Of a DNA stretch of 64,000 nucleotides, positions 28,482 through 40,320 are shown piece after piece (positions within the stretch are counted from its first letter, which is position 1; each line of letters opens with the position of its first letter). The notes under the pieces were generated by a model that was not told the DNA's origin, made no database searches, and worked only from the letters and a program-made list of their open reading frames with translations. Position numbers and translations under genes: made by a program. Origin of the DNA: Octopus vulgaris. Its lineage: Eukaryota. The DNA lies in NCBI GenBank assembly GCA_951406725.2, contig OX597836.1:9982001-10046000 (forward strand), read 5' to 3'.

Positions 28482-29048
28482 TCTCTATATATAAAGCTGA
28501 AGTTGTCTGCGTGTGGCAGGTTTGGTAGTCTTCAACTAACACTATCTCCTCCGACACCCTGCGGCGCAAGTTGACCAAAATTGAGAGTATGATAGAAGGC
28601 GGCTTGCTCTTCCTTCCATAGAAGAAAAAATTCAAATCGGACCATGTTAAAACCAAAAATTATTTACATCAAAAAGGTGCTTTTTTTCTATGAAAATCCC
28701 TATTTTTTAATGATTTTTTTTTATTGCTGTGTCGTCATTTTTCGGTGTATTTCAACCAGTAAAATGTTCACTTGAAGAAAATAACAAGCTACATAATGCA
28801 AAATTTTTACTTTTCAAAAATTCCAATTCTAAAGGGTCGAAAAGAATTTTTTTTGTGATGTCATTGATTTTGAACAAATGACAGATCAGCTGATCCAATG
28901 CACATTCAGAGCAAACTCGAGCATTGCTACTCTATACTTTTATTCATAGATAGAAACAATGTCAAAACTTTGTAAATGCGACATCAAAGTCTGCCGTTTT
29001 AAGCACAACTAAAAAACAAACCCGAGCAACGCCGGGCTACACTGCTAG
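28482..29048 (+). mobile_element. Non-autonomous Helitron-like element, long variant
   Basis: 5' A|TC(TCTATATATAAAGCTGAAG), subterminal hairpin CCCGAGCAACGCCGGG, 3' CTAG|T. Inserted between A and T with no TSD, which is the Helitron signature. Confidence 0.8.
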
Positions 29049-29734
29049 TAAATTGTAAAACCAAAGACAGAAGATGCAATTGTTTTAGATCATAAATTTT
29101 CAGTTCGTCTTAAATCTGTGAAATATAATATTTTAGAGGTTGCTGTATGGAAATTTCCAGTAAATTACAAAAAAGTTTTTAATTAATTAGGAAGACAGAC
29201 AAAGAGCTTTTACTCGTTTTAATTTGTCCGGATCAATTGTATTGCAAAAAATGTAATTTTAAGAATATTTAATGCTTTTGTTACCATTTTTTATGTCTTT
29301 TGCTTTAATTAATTTTGAAAATGATAAAGAATTTAGTTAAATAATGTTGGTTGTTATTGAGCTGGAGTTTGGCACATGAAATTTTGATGGATCACTTTAG
29401 ATCACTTTAACCCTTTTGTTACCATATTTCTGTTGAAATTCACTGCATTTTTTTGTTTTGATCAATTTTGCAAAGAAATTTAGTAAAAATAACTTTGGTC
29501 ATTATTGTGTTGGAGTTTGGAACATTTAATTAATATGAAATTTTGATGGAAGATTTTTAATTTAAATCACTTTAACATTTTGTAACCATATAGGCACAGG
29601 CATATAAGAGTAAGAAGCTTGTTTCCCAACTACATGGTTCCGGGTTCAGTTCCACTGAGTGGCACCTTGGGCAAGTGTCTTCTACCAAAGCCTTGTGAGT
29701 GGATTTGGCAGACAGAAACTGAAAGACGCCTGTC

Positions 29735-29790
<56 letters not shown>

Positions 29791-29899
29791 CAGGAAGAAA
29801 ATGGAGGGGATCAATAGATGTTATTCATCAACTTTTAGACATTATATTGGATAGATATTATCCCTTGGTTGGTTGGATTCACAACCTCTAACTTTCTTG

Positions 29900-29963
<64 letters not shown>

Positions 29964-30475
29964 GTGTATGTGTTTGTATGCCTGTGCTTGTTCTGCCACC
30001 ATCGCTTGACAACAAAGTTAGTGTGTTTGCATCCCCTTAACTTAGCGGTTCAGCAAAAGAAACCAATAGAATAAGTACTAGGCTCACAAAGAATAAGTCT
30101 TGGGTTCAGTTAGTTCAACTAGAAGGTGGTGCTCCAGCATGGCCACAGTTAAATAACTGAAACAAGTAAACGAGTAAAAGAGGTATACTGCTTGCAATAC
30201 AATCTTTTTGTTTCAATTAATTTTGAAAATAACGAAGAATTTGTTAAAAAAAAAAAAATTGTAATTATTAAGCTGGTGTTTGGAACATAAATTAACATAA
30301 ATTAGCATAAAATTTGAAAAAAAAAGATTTTAATTTAGATCATTTTATAAAAAAGTTTACATCACAGAATCAAGGAGCGATCTCAGGTTGGTGTCAAAGA
30401 GACTAAATACATAAGAATCTATGTAAGACAAAAATAGATTCTTCCTCAAGTCTTGGTGGTGTCTCATTAACAAAA

Positions 30476-30844
30476 TCAGTTTTTCAACAAAGTTAAGAGT
30501 TCCTCGGGTGAGCCTGACAAACCCATTACCGATTCGATGATGGCTTCAGGAATACCGTTTGGTAAAGATTTTGTGTTGTTGAGGAATTTGCACTGGACGT
30601 CGATATCGGTCAAAGGTTTACGCCAATGACCATAAGGTGTATCGCAACGGCCCCCATAAACTTTGTTATTTTTTAAGGTGACCATTACTTCCACATACAT
30701 TCTGTTAAAGCTTGCCACGTTGTCTTCCTTCCTGAGTAAATGGCACTTTTGTAGAAGAGTGTTGAGGTTCGTCCTGGACCGACATTCTGAGGTGAAACTC
30801 TTTGGTGTCATGATTCCGTCAAGTAACATTGAAGCAACATTGAA
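30476..30844 (-). CDS. ACOD1: ACOD1/IRG1-like, terminal exon 6
   Basis: Encodes FNVASMLLDG...DNVASFNRMYVEV...DTPYGHWRKPL...LLTLLKN*. Acceptor ttttttattgtag|; 369 nt including TGA. Matches the ACOD1 C-terminal motif DTFYGHWRKPL. Confidence 0.95.
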   Translation of the reverse strand, partial: FNVASMLLDGIMTPKSFTSECRSRTNLNTLLQKCHLLRKEDNVASFNRMYVEVMVTLKNNKVYGGRCDTPYGHWRKPLTDIDVQCKFLNNTKSLPNGIPEAIIESVMGLSGSPEELLTLLKN

Positions 30845-30877
30845 CTACAATAAAAAAGAACAAAATCTTACTAATAA

Positions 30878-31247
30878 TCTGTCTGTGTGTGGCAGGTTTG
30901 GTAGCCTTCAACTAACACTATCCCCTCTGAGACCCTGCAGCGCAAGTTGACCAAAATTGAGAGTATGATAGGAGAAGGCTTGCTCTTCATTCCGTTGAAG
31001 AAAAAATTCAAATCGGACCATGTTAAGACCAAAAATTATTTACATCAAAAAGGTGCTTTTTTTCTATGAAAATCCCTATTTTTTACGATTTTTTGACTGC
31101 TGTGTTGCCATTTTCCGGTGTATTTCAACCAGAAAAATGTTCACTTAAAGAGAATAACAAGTTGCATAATGCAAAATTTTTACTTTTTGAAAATTCCAAT
31201 TCTAAAGGGTCGAAGCAAACCCGAGCAACGTCGGGCAATACTGCCAG
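30878..31247 (+). mobile_element. Non-autonomous Helitron-like element in ACOD1 last intron
   Basis: Same family body, with a shortened 5' end and a CCAG|T 3' end variant. Confidence 0.8.
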
Positions 31248-31385
31248 TAATATAATAATTATTTCCAGAAAGTGGCAATCTGGCGGAATTATTAGCCTGC
31301 TGGGTAAAATGCTTAGTGGCATTCCGTCTGTCCTTACGTTCTGAGTTCAAAGTCTGCTGAATTCAGCTTTGCTTTGCATTCTTTC

Positions 31386-33247
31386 AGGATCAATAAAATA
31401 AGTACCAGTTGAATACTGGGGTTGATATAATTACCTAGACCACATCATCATCGTTTAATGTCCGTTTTCCATGCTAGCATGGGTTGGTCGGTTTGTCTGG
31501 GGTTGGGGAAGCCAGGAGGCTGCACCAGGCTCCAATCTGATCTGGTAGTGTTTCTATAGCTGGATGCTCTTCCTAACGCCAACCACTCCATGAGTGTAGT
31601 GGGTGCTTTTTATGTGCCACCGGCACAGGTGCCAGGGGAGGCTGGTGATGGCCACGATCGGTTGATGTGTTTTCTCCCCTGTAATTGCTGGCCTTGTAAT
31701 TGTAATCTTGAAGCTTTGAGATAATCCATGATTAATTCAAAGCAATGTGAATAAATAAGCTTTACATTTGACAGAGTAATCTGAATGCTAAATGGTTAAC
31801 CCTTCAGCATTTAAACTGCCCTACCTAGCCAAAAATATTCTATCTGTTTTATGTTCAAACTAACCATATTTGGCCTCTCACACCTACCCTACAATGTCAT
31901 CCTACAAAAATACAATCATATCATTGTAATATTGAAGCTAGACGATAATGCATGTTTAACTTGTGAATGAATAAGTGTTGCATTTGCAGAGCAATTTGAA
32001 TGCTAAAGGTGGTGAGCTGGCAGAAACGTTAGCACACCGGGCGAAATGCATAGCTGTATTTCGTCTGCCGTTATGTTCTGAGTTCAAATTCCGCCGTGGT
32101 CGACTTTGCCTTTCATCCTTTCGGGTCGATAAATTAAATAACAGTTACGCACTGGGGTCGATGTAATCGACTTAATCCGTTTGTCCTTCTGTTCATCACT
32201 ACTTACTCATATCATAATTGATACTACATTAGGCAAAAAGAACAGTACTATCTCTCCCAAATATAACCAACAGCAGAAACGTTAGCACGCCGGGCGAAAT
32301 GCTTAGCGGTATTTCGTCTGCGTTGTTTGTCCCCTCTGTGTTTAGCCCCTTAGGATCAATAAAATAAGTACCAGTTGAATACTGGGGTTGATATAATTAC
32401 CTAGACCACATCATCATCGTTTAATGTCCGTTTTCCATGCTAGCATGGGTTGGTCGGTTTGTCTGGGGTTGGGGAAGCCAGGAGGCTGCACCAGGCTCCA
32501 ATCTGGTCTGGTAGTGTTTCTATAGCTGGATGCTCTTCCTAACGCCAACCACTCGTGTATGTAGGGGGTGCTTTTTACGTGCCACCGGCACAGGTGCCAG
32601 GGGAGGCTGGTGATGGCCACGATCGGTTGATGTGTTTTCTCCCCTGTAATTGCTGGCCTTGTAATTGTAATCTTGAAGCTTTGAGATAATCCATGATTAA
32701 TTCAAAGCAATGTGATTAACTAAGCTTTACATTTGACAGAGTAATCTGAATGCTAAATGGTTAACCCTTCAGCATTTAAACTGGCCCTACCTAGCCAAAA
32801 ATATTCTATCTGTTTTATGTTCAAACTAACCATATTTGGCCTCTCACACCTACCCTACAATGTCATCCTACAAAAATACAATCATATCATTGTAATATTG
32901 AAGCTAGACGATAATGCATGTTTAACATTGTGAATGAATAAGTGTTGCATTTGTCAGAGCAATTTGAATGCTAAAGGTGGTGAGCTGGCAGAAACGTTAG
33001 CACACCGGGCGAAATGCATAGCTGTATTTCGTCTGCCGTTATGTTCTGAGTTCAAATTCCGCCGTGGTCGACTTTGCCTTTCATCCTTTCGGGGTCGATA
33101 AATTAAATAACAGTTACGCACTGGGGTCGATGTAATCGACTTAATCCGTTTGTCCTTCTGTTCATCACTACTTACTCATATCATAATTGATACTACATTA
33201 GGCAAGAAGAACAGTACTATCTCTCCCAAATATAACCAACAGCAGAA
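31386..33247. repeat. ~0.9-kb tandem duplication in ACOD1 intron 5 (31386-32278 vs 32352-33247)
   Basis: Near-identical text from aggatcaataaaataagtacc to tataaccaacagcagaa at an offset of ~966-969 bp. Confidence 0.95.
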
Positions 33248-33491
33248 TCGTTAGCACGACGGGCGAAATGCGTAGCCGTATTTTGTCTGCCGATATGTGC
33301 TGAGTTCAAATTCCACTGAGATTGACTTTGCCTTTCATCCTTTCAAGGTCGATAAATTAAGTACCAGTTACACACTGGGGTCGATGTAATAAACTTAATC
33401 CGTTTGTCTGTCCTTGTTTGTGCCCTCTAAGTTTAGCCCCTTGTGGGTAGTAAAGAAATAGATTCTGCCAGGTTGTAAACAATTAACTCAC

Positions 33492-33823
33492 CTGAAATGA
33501 ATGCCTTGCTTCGTGCTGAGACTTCGGAAATGGCCGGTCGATATATTTCGATGAAGGCACTACAATTTGGACGTCTTTTATCTCATTATATGGAATTTCA
33601 GTGTTGAATTCTTCAGTCATTTGTTGTCGAGCTTCCATCGTAGCATCAATAGCCCAATGCATTGCCAAATGAGCAGGGAACCGTTTAAGGGCAACGTCTT
33701 GATTATGAAGAATATAATGTTGGTTATTTAGGGCCGCTTCTACCAACAAATCCGGTGAATAGTCTTCGAAGAATACGCTGAAACCAGAGGAGGTGTCAAG
33801 AATGTCTTCGTTTCCTTCCATTC
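33492..33823 (-). CDS. ACOD1: ACOD1/IRG1-like, exon 5
   Basis: Encodes GMEGNEDILD...QDVALKRFPAHLAMHW...KYIDRPFPKSQHEARHSFQ. Acceptor tttacag|, donor CAG|GTGAGT; 332 nt, phase 1 to 0. Confidence 0.95.
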
Positions 33824-34072
33824 CTGTAAACAGAAAACTTTTATTTTTTATTTTTTAGCTTTTACTTGTTTCAGTCATGAGACTGTGGCCATGTTGGAGC
33901 AATGCCTTGAAGTATTTTAGTCAAATGAATTAACCCTGGCACTTATTCCGTTTTTAAAACCTGGTACTTACTCTTTGGGAAACATACCAACACTGGCTGT
34001 CAAGTGGTAGTCGTGGGACAAACACAGACACAAAGACACATGTAGATATCGCTCTCTCTCTCTCTCTCTATA

Positions 34073-34115
<43 letters not shown>

Positions 34116-34162
34116 GTATATGTGTGTGTGTGTGTGTGTGTATATATGTATATGTATAAATG

Positions 34163-34205
<43 letters not shown>

Positions 34206-34819
34206 AGGCACATGGCCTACTGGTTAGAGCAGTGGACTTGCGGTCGAGGGATCACGGGTTCAAATCGCAGACCAGGCAATGTGTGTGTTTATGAGTGAAA
34301 CACCTAAGCTCCACATGGCCCTGGCAGAAGGTAATAGCGAACTTCTGCTGACTCTTTCACCACAACTTTCTCTCACTCTTTCCTCCTGCATCTTGCAGCT
34401 CACCTGCGACGGACCGGTGTCACGCAGGGGGGACTGAACCTAGAACCATGTGGTGAGGAAGCAATCTTCTCGCCACACAGCCACTCCTATGGTGTTTCTT
34501 CCAGTTTCTGTCTTCCAAATTCACTCAAGGCTTTGGTCAGCCCAAGACTACAGGTGGAAGACACTTGCCCAAGGTGCCACATAATGGTACCTGAATATGA
34601 GGCGACGTTGTTGAGAAGCAAATGTCTTAATTACACATCCACACTTATAAGGGTAACTTTTGTGAAAATAATTAAAAATATAATTTAATTAATGAATCAA
34701 AAGAAATATCGACAATATTACAAATAATGATCTCTCTTCGCTACACCACCAAGAAAATCTCCAAAAATCAATCAGGGACAATAAAAAATCAATACAGCCA
34801 ATTTTTGGCTGTCCCTTAC

Positions 34820-35031
34820 CTTGGTCTGCCATTAAGGCAGCTTCCAGACCAAAACGGGCAGATTTTCCTGCATGCAATGGTTTGCATTGAGTGCCAGCAT
34901 TTGCCATTGGTGCACCAGCAAAGGAGGCTGCAATGGCGAGTGCATGTTTAGTTTTCAGTGGTCCAAGCTGGAGCAAACGTGCTGTGGCAGCAGCTGCTCC
35001 CATCACCCCGACCACAGCTGGTGGATGGAAC
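34820..35031 (-). CDS. ACOD1: ACOD1/IRG1-like, exon 4
   Basis: Encodes (R)FHPPAVVGVMGAAAA...AGAPMANAGTQCKPLHAGKSARFGLEAA. Acceptor catttcag|, donor G|GTAAGG; 212 nt, phase 2 to 1. Confidence 0.95.
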
Positions 35032-35498
35032 CTGAAATGAAAGAAAATATTTCACCTTGACAACTACACCTGAGAATATCCACAGCCAACGAGAATTTCT
35101 TTCAGGGTTCTCTCCCTTGCTTTCTTGACATGAATTGTAATTCAGTTATTAACACTAATGATTAGACACCAATGTGGCTGCACCTAATTTAGTCTTTTAT
35201 TCTTTTACTTGTTTCAGTCATTTGACCGTGGCCACCTCGAAGGGTTTTAATCAGACACATTGACCCCCAGGACTTATTCTTTGTAAACTGTGCACTTATT
35301 CTATCAGTCTGTTTTGCTGAACTACTAAGTTACAGTGATGTAAACACAAAAACAGAAAGAAAGAAAGGAAGGAAAGAAAGGAAGGAAGGAAAGAAAGAAA
35401 GAAAGAAAGAAAGAAAGGAAAGAAAGAAAGGAAAGAAAGAAAGGAAAGAAGGAAAGAAAGAAAAGAAAGAAAGAAAGAAGCAGAAAATTACTACTCAC

Positions 35499-36015
35499 CT
35501 TTCAGGAATATTCTTAGACTTTGCTGAACTTTGAAGAAGGAGCCCTTGCGTCTGAATTCCAACATTGTAGGCAACCAAAAGCTCCTCTGAAGTGGGGCAA
35601 TAAGAACCAGTCATGTAATCCGACAGTGACAAAACAGCAGGTAAAACGGGGCCACTTGGATGAGTGGCTGGGTGCCAGGTGTCGTCAAAGTCCATTGAAT
35701 GGATGCTAATTCCATTGAGGTATGTTGCAAGACCAATAGGAGCCCTTTTGTTAGAACTCCCCCATATCACCACGTTCTTTGATTTTTGCCGGCCACTTTT
35801 GTGTTCTTCCAAGTATCCAAGATTTTCAGCCCACGACATCACACTTTTTGTTGTTTCGCTGTTGAAGCCAAGAATACCGACACCCAAAGTGTCCAAGAGC
35901 ATTCTTCTGCTTCTGGCTTGTACTACTTCTGATAAATTACTAAGTTTTGCATTGCTGATGAGTTCTGCAAACAGTGAGGTAACACTTTGTGGTCGTAAAA
36001 CTGGTGGAGAAGATT
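35499..36015 (-). CDS. ACOD1: ACOD1/IRG1-like cis-aconitate decarboxylase, exon 3
   Basis: Encodes RSRRMLLDTLGVG...NGISIHSMDFDDTWHPATHPSGPVLPA...YNVGIQTQG, closely matching vertebrate ACOD1 (IHSMDFDDTWHPATHPSG). Acceptor ttcttcttgcag|, donor AG|GTGAGT; 517 nt, phase 1 to 2. Confidence 0.95.
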
Positions 36016-36217
36016 CTGCAAGAAGAAATATCAATGAAGTTAAAAGAGAACAACGGAATGCTATGAAAATGAGGCATAGCTGGTTGGTTAGAAAGTTTGT
36101 TTTTCCAGCTACATGGTTTTAGGTTCAATCTCACTGCATGGCACCATGGGCAGATGTCCCCTACTATAGCCCCTGGCCCATCAAATTAATATTCAATTTT
36201 TTACCCTTACTATTTTA

Positions 36218-36254
<37 letters not shown>

Positions 36255-36812
36255 TAATCCAAACAAGAAAACACAAAAAAAAACACAACAACGCAAGGAC
36301 GTGGAACAAATAAAGTATTATTGGACGCTCAGGAAAGAAGGAGGGTTTAACGTTTCGAGCGGAGCTCTTTGTCGGAAACATAGGAGAAGGGAAGACAGAG
36401 GAAAAAAAATCACCAACGGTACACACGTTACAGACAAACAAAAAACGAATTCAGGTGTATGAACAACAAGCAGGTGTATTAATTTGACACTCGGGAAGGT
36501 GAGAAAGTCTTTTACATTTCGAGCCTACGCTCTTCACCAGAAAAGAACACAAGGAAATAAACAGAGAGAGAATAAAAAAACTTCAGAGAGGACCTCAGGG
36601 GAAGCCATTTTGAAGATATTGAGAAGACGAAGGAATATCATGGAGCATTAAAGGACTTTCATGGAGAAATAGAGTTTTTTGTATTTCTTTGAAATTAATA
36701 AGTCTTTCCTGAGAATGTCTCAAAACTTCTGGAACATACCTTGTCACCTGGGGCTGAATGATAACGATACAGGTATAATGATAAATATTCTGGTATATTG
36801 AGTTTTACTTAC

Positions 36813-36924
36813 GATGAGAACATTCAGAATAATTTTCCAAATGTAGTTTCGACTGCAAAGAAAGATTCTTTGATTGCTGTTTTGTCCGGAATAAAATTCG
36901 TACGTTCCACTTGTTACTCGGCAC
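36813..36924 (-). CDS. ACOD1: Putative coding exon 2 of ACOD1/IRG1-like gene (VPSNKWNVRILFRTKQQSKNLSLQSKLHLENYSECSH)
   Basis: Acceptor ttctttcttacctgtag|, donor |GTAAGT, 112 nt, open, phase 0 to 1, exactly bridging exon 1 and exon 3. An alternative in-frame acceptor ttctttgcag| would start the exon at 36852. Confidence 0.6.
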
Positions 36925-37126
36925 CTACAGGTAAGAAAGAATCAAAGCAGAATTGGCATATAATTTCCATGTTATTATTCAGTGGGAAAAATCTATTTTC
37001 ATTCGATTTTTCTCTTATGCCACCATCACCGTTTTCTTTGAGGCCCCAAATATGACGATCCAGTCGATATTCTATTTCTAGCTATTATAAACCTGACATC
37101 GAATTTGTTGCCGATGTAATCGTGTT

Positions 37127-37462
37127 TGGGGGAGGAGGGAAAGGAGGAGGACGACGATGAGGATAATGATGATGATAATGACAATGTTGATGATGACGAT
37201 GTGGATGACGATGATGATGACGACGACAACAACAACGACGACCTAGATGATGATGATGATGTGGATGATTGTGATGATGATGATGATGCGGATGATGGTG
37301 ATGATGATGATGATGGCGATGACGAAAAATGATGACGTCGGTGACGACAACAACAATGACGACCTAGACGATAATGATGATGTTGCGGATGATGGTGATA
37401 ATGAGGATGAGGATGATGGCGATGACAATGATGATGATAATGATGTTCATGGTGATGATGCT
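37127..37462. repeat. Degenerate (GAT/GAC)n microsatellite in ACOD1 intron 1
   Basis: Direct inspection; contains an internal repeat of GACAACAACAA.GACGACCTAGA. Confidence 0.9.
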
Positions 37463-37721
37463 ACATTTTGAATGAAGAACTTGTAGTGTATAAATCCTTA
37501 TATGTCTTATGCTATTTCTCTCTTTCTCTCTCTCTCCCTCCCTCTGTCTGTCTCTCTCTCTCTCCCTCCTTCCTTTCACTGATTATGTGAGCAAGTATAT
37601 TTCTCTGTGTGTCTGAAAAGAGGGTAAGTGTTTATGTCAACCATAATCAATTAATAACTTGTTTTCTCTCTCTCTCCCTCTGTATGTGTATGGGTATGTA
37701 TGTGTGTGAGTGTGTGTTTGT

Positions 37722-37773
<52 letters not shown>

Positions 37774-38633
37774 TGGTTGTTTACTTCCAATACCAAAATG
37801 TACAATCACCAAAGTGGGTTCAATGTCCAGTCAGCCATGCCAAACCGTCAGCATCCAAACAGCTTCACCCACCGTCCAAGAATTTGGACCTAGAGATCTT
37901 CATTTCCAGTGACTTCAAGGGCCACCTCCCAGTGGTGTCGGGCGTCAACGAAGAGCCCTCGACTACAACAAGACGACCAAAGTTTTTTTTTTCCAAGGTC
38001 TGGGGTCTCCCGCCCCTAAGCCCTAGACCATCACCTAATCACCCATACCCGTCTTGTTGCTTAACAACAACAACAACAGCTTCACCCAACCGTCTCATTC
38101 TTGAAGGAAAATAAAGTTATGGAAAGTTCTTTATATACATACATCTATATCTACGACATCTTTGATTTGAAGGTTGCCCTGGTTTTAGTCGGAGAAATTA
38201 TGGAAAACCTAAGCATTTCGTTAGTCAATTGACATCCTTTATTTAGATCCAATAATTTTGGTGCTTGTTTCTGCAAGGTTACTGAAACAGCATAAAAGCT
38301 AAGAATTTTCAAGGAAGAATTCAAAACCAGATGTTGGTGTTGGTGCTTGTGCTGCATAAAAAGCACCCTGGTCACTTTTCTAAAGTGGTTGGCATTAGGA
38401 AGGGCTGTATAAACCTTGGCAAAACAGATAGTGAAGCCTGACACAGTCATCTGGCTAGGCAGCTCCTTGTCAAACCGTCCAACCCATGCCAGCATGAAAA
38501 ACAGACGTTAAATGATGATAAGGATGATGAGGATGATGATTACTGGGTAAATCTGTGCAAAAGTCTCATAAACACCACATGTAAAAATATAAAAACAAAT
38601 ACTTTGTGTGTGTGTATGTATGTATGTGTGTAT

Positions 38634-38666
<33 letters not shown>

Positions 38667-38687
38667 AGAGAAAGAGAGAGAGAGAAT

Positions 38688-38724
<37 letters not shown>

Positions 38725-38969
38725 TAGCTGTATTGGGTCAAGAGACTCTTTTATATATTTCGTATTGATATATAACTACAGTTCAATGTTTGTTCGTGGG
38801 TGAGTGTATGTGTTAGTAAAGGCTTGTTTTAAATGTACCTTTGTCTATATGGTGTCACATGTTTTTAATTTGGGTTGGCATTAGAAAGGGCATCCAGCTG
38901 TAGAAACTATGCCAAAACCTGGACAGTAGAGTTTGGTGCAGTCTTCAGGCTTTCCAGCTCCTGTCTTGA

Positions 38970-40320
38970 ATTTCTCTCGATTTATGGGTTTTAGAAAGTC
39001 CATTGACGTTACTGGTTTTTACTTCGAAGCTAGTCAAATAATTTATCTAATTCTCTAATTGGCAATTTCGATGTTTTCAGACGAATTTGTTTACTTTGTT
39101 TATCTTCGTTTTTATTTATCTTTTTGCAGAAGCGTTGGTCATTAAATTATTCCAAAACCATGTCTCTGTAAATGTTTTTTGTCCATAATTACGATCGCTC
39201 CGGTCATCTTCTTTGATAATTATCGATGAGTCTCTTTGTAAATTGTTTAATGTTTGTAATTGGTCTTTGGATACATTAAATTTACATTTCCTCTCTGTAA
39301 TATCGGGTTGCGCCGATCATCGTAGGCAGATTATGTATTCTTCCAAAAGCTTGTTTCTACTAAAGAGTTCTTTGAATCCCATTTTGTTTTTAACTAGCGA
39401 ATCATCCGTATATCCAGTATTTAGGAAGAATTCTCTTAATTGTAGTTTTCGACAAAATTCTTCTGTCATTTACAAGTTCAGCTTGGTTGGGTTTGGGAGT
39501 GGGTTGAAATTTTAATCCATTTTCCAAGAATCTAATTTCTTGTTAAGATCATTTTTTGTTGGATAAATTTATTAATTTGGATTTGTCTGTTTTCTTTTGA
39601 GGAACGGTGTCGCGCCTCAGTTCCTTTTCTATTGATAGATCTCCTGTCTTAAAAAAGGGTTTCTGTTGGAGGTTGGAAATATTTGTGTTGAGATTTTCGG
39701 TTTGGTATTTGTGGGTAAGTAAATTCTTAATCGTTGGCTTGGAGATTGACTCCTAATTCTATCGTTATTGTATTTAGTTCTCTTGGGTCTTTGATCAAGC
39801 CTCTGGCGGGATCTATCGTGTCTTTGGTAGGAGTTGTGTTTTCTCTCACTTCTTTCCACATCCATGTATAATCGAAATGTGTTTCTTTGGGGAATAAGGT
39901 ATCTTTGTCTATTTTGTGAAGATCCTTCTTTTCTTTTAATGGTTTGAATTTTCTTGAAGCCTAGAGGTTGTCGCAGTGAGTCGATGTTTAGGTTTTATCT
40001 GTTTTTTTCCATCGATGTCTTCATATTCCTGTATTCGTACTCTTGTTTTTGTATTCTCATATTTTTGACCCCAAGATCTTCTTGGACTTTATTTCCTCTC
40101 TGGTAGTGTCAGTTTTCAACACGATTAGAAGCTTTCTCTATATACTCCCTCTGCTTCTTTTGTTAATTTCTTCACGTATTAGCTGTCACATTTTCCAAAT
40201 TTCTTTCGAAAGTTTGCTACTCTAAGAAGAAGCCTCAAATCTCACTAGTGCTAAGCTGAGATGGATCTTTGTTTCTTCGTTTGGTTCCGACATTATTTCT
40301 TTGATACAAAATTTTCTTGT
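38970..40320 (-). mobile_element. Degenerate Penelope-like element ORF fragment in ACOD1 intron 1
   Basis: Stop- and frameshift-ridden peptide EEFCRKLQLREFF...FNVSKDQLQTLNNLQRDSSIIIKED resembles the PLE region preceding RT (L..D..IVIK.ADKG). Confidence 0.65.

Noticed and set aside
36740-36753. 14-nt micro-exon (cag|CCCCAGGTGACAAG|gtatgt) in ACOD1
   Set aside because: The phase needed to join exon 3 puts TGA in frame, and 14 nt would shift the frame.
38151-38283. Additional ACOD1 exon (KQAPKLLDLNKG...)
   Set aside because: An acceptor is plausible, but the frame ends in TAG with no convincing donor, and the 6-exon model is complete without it.
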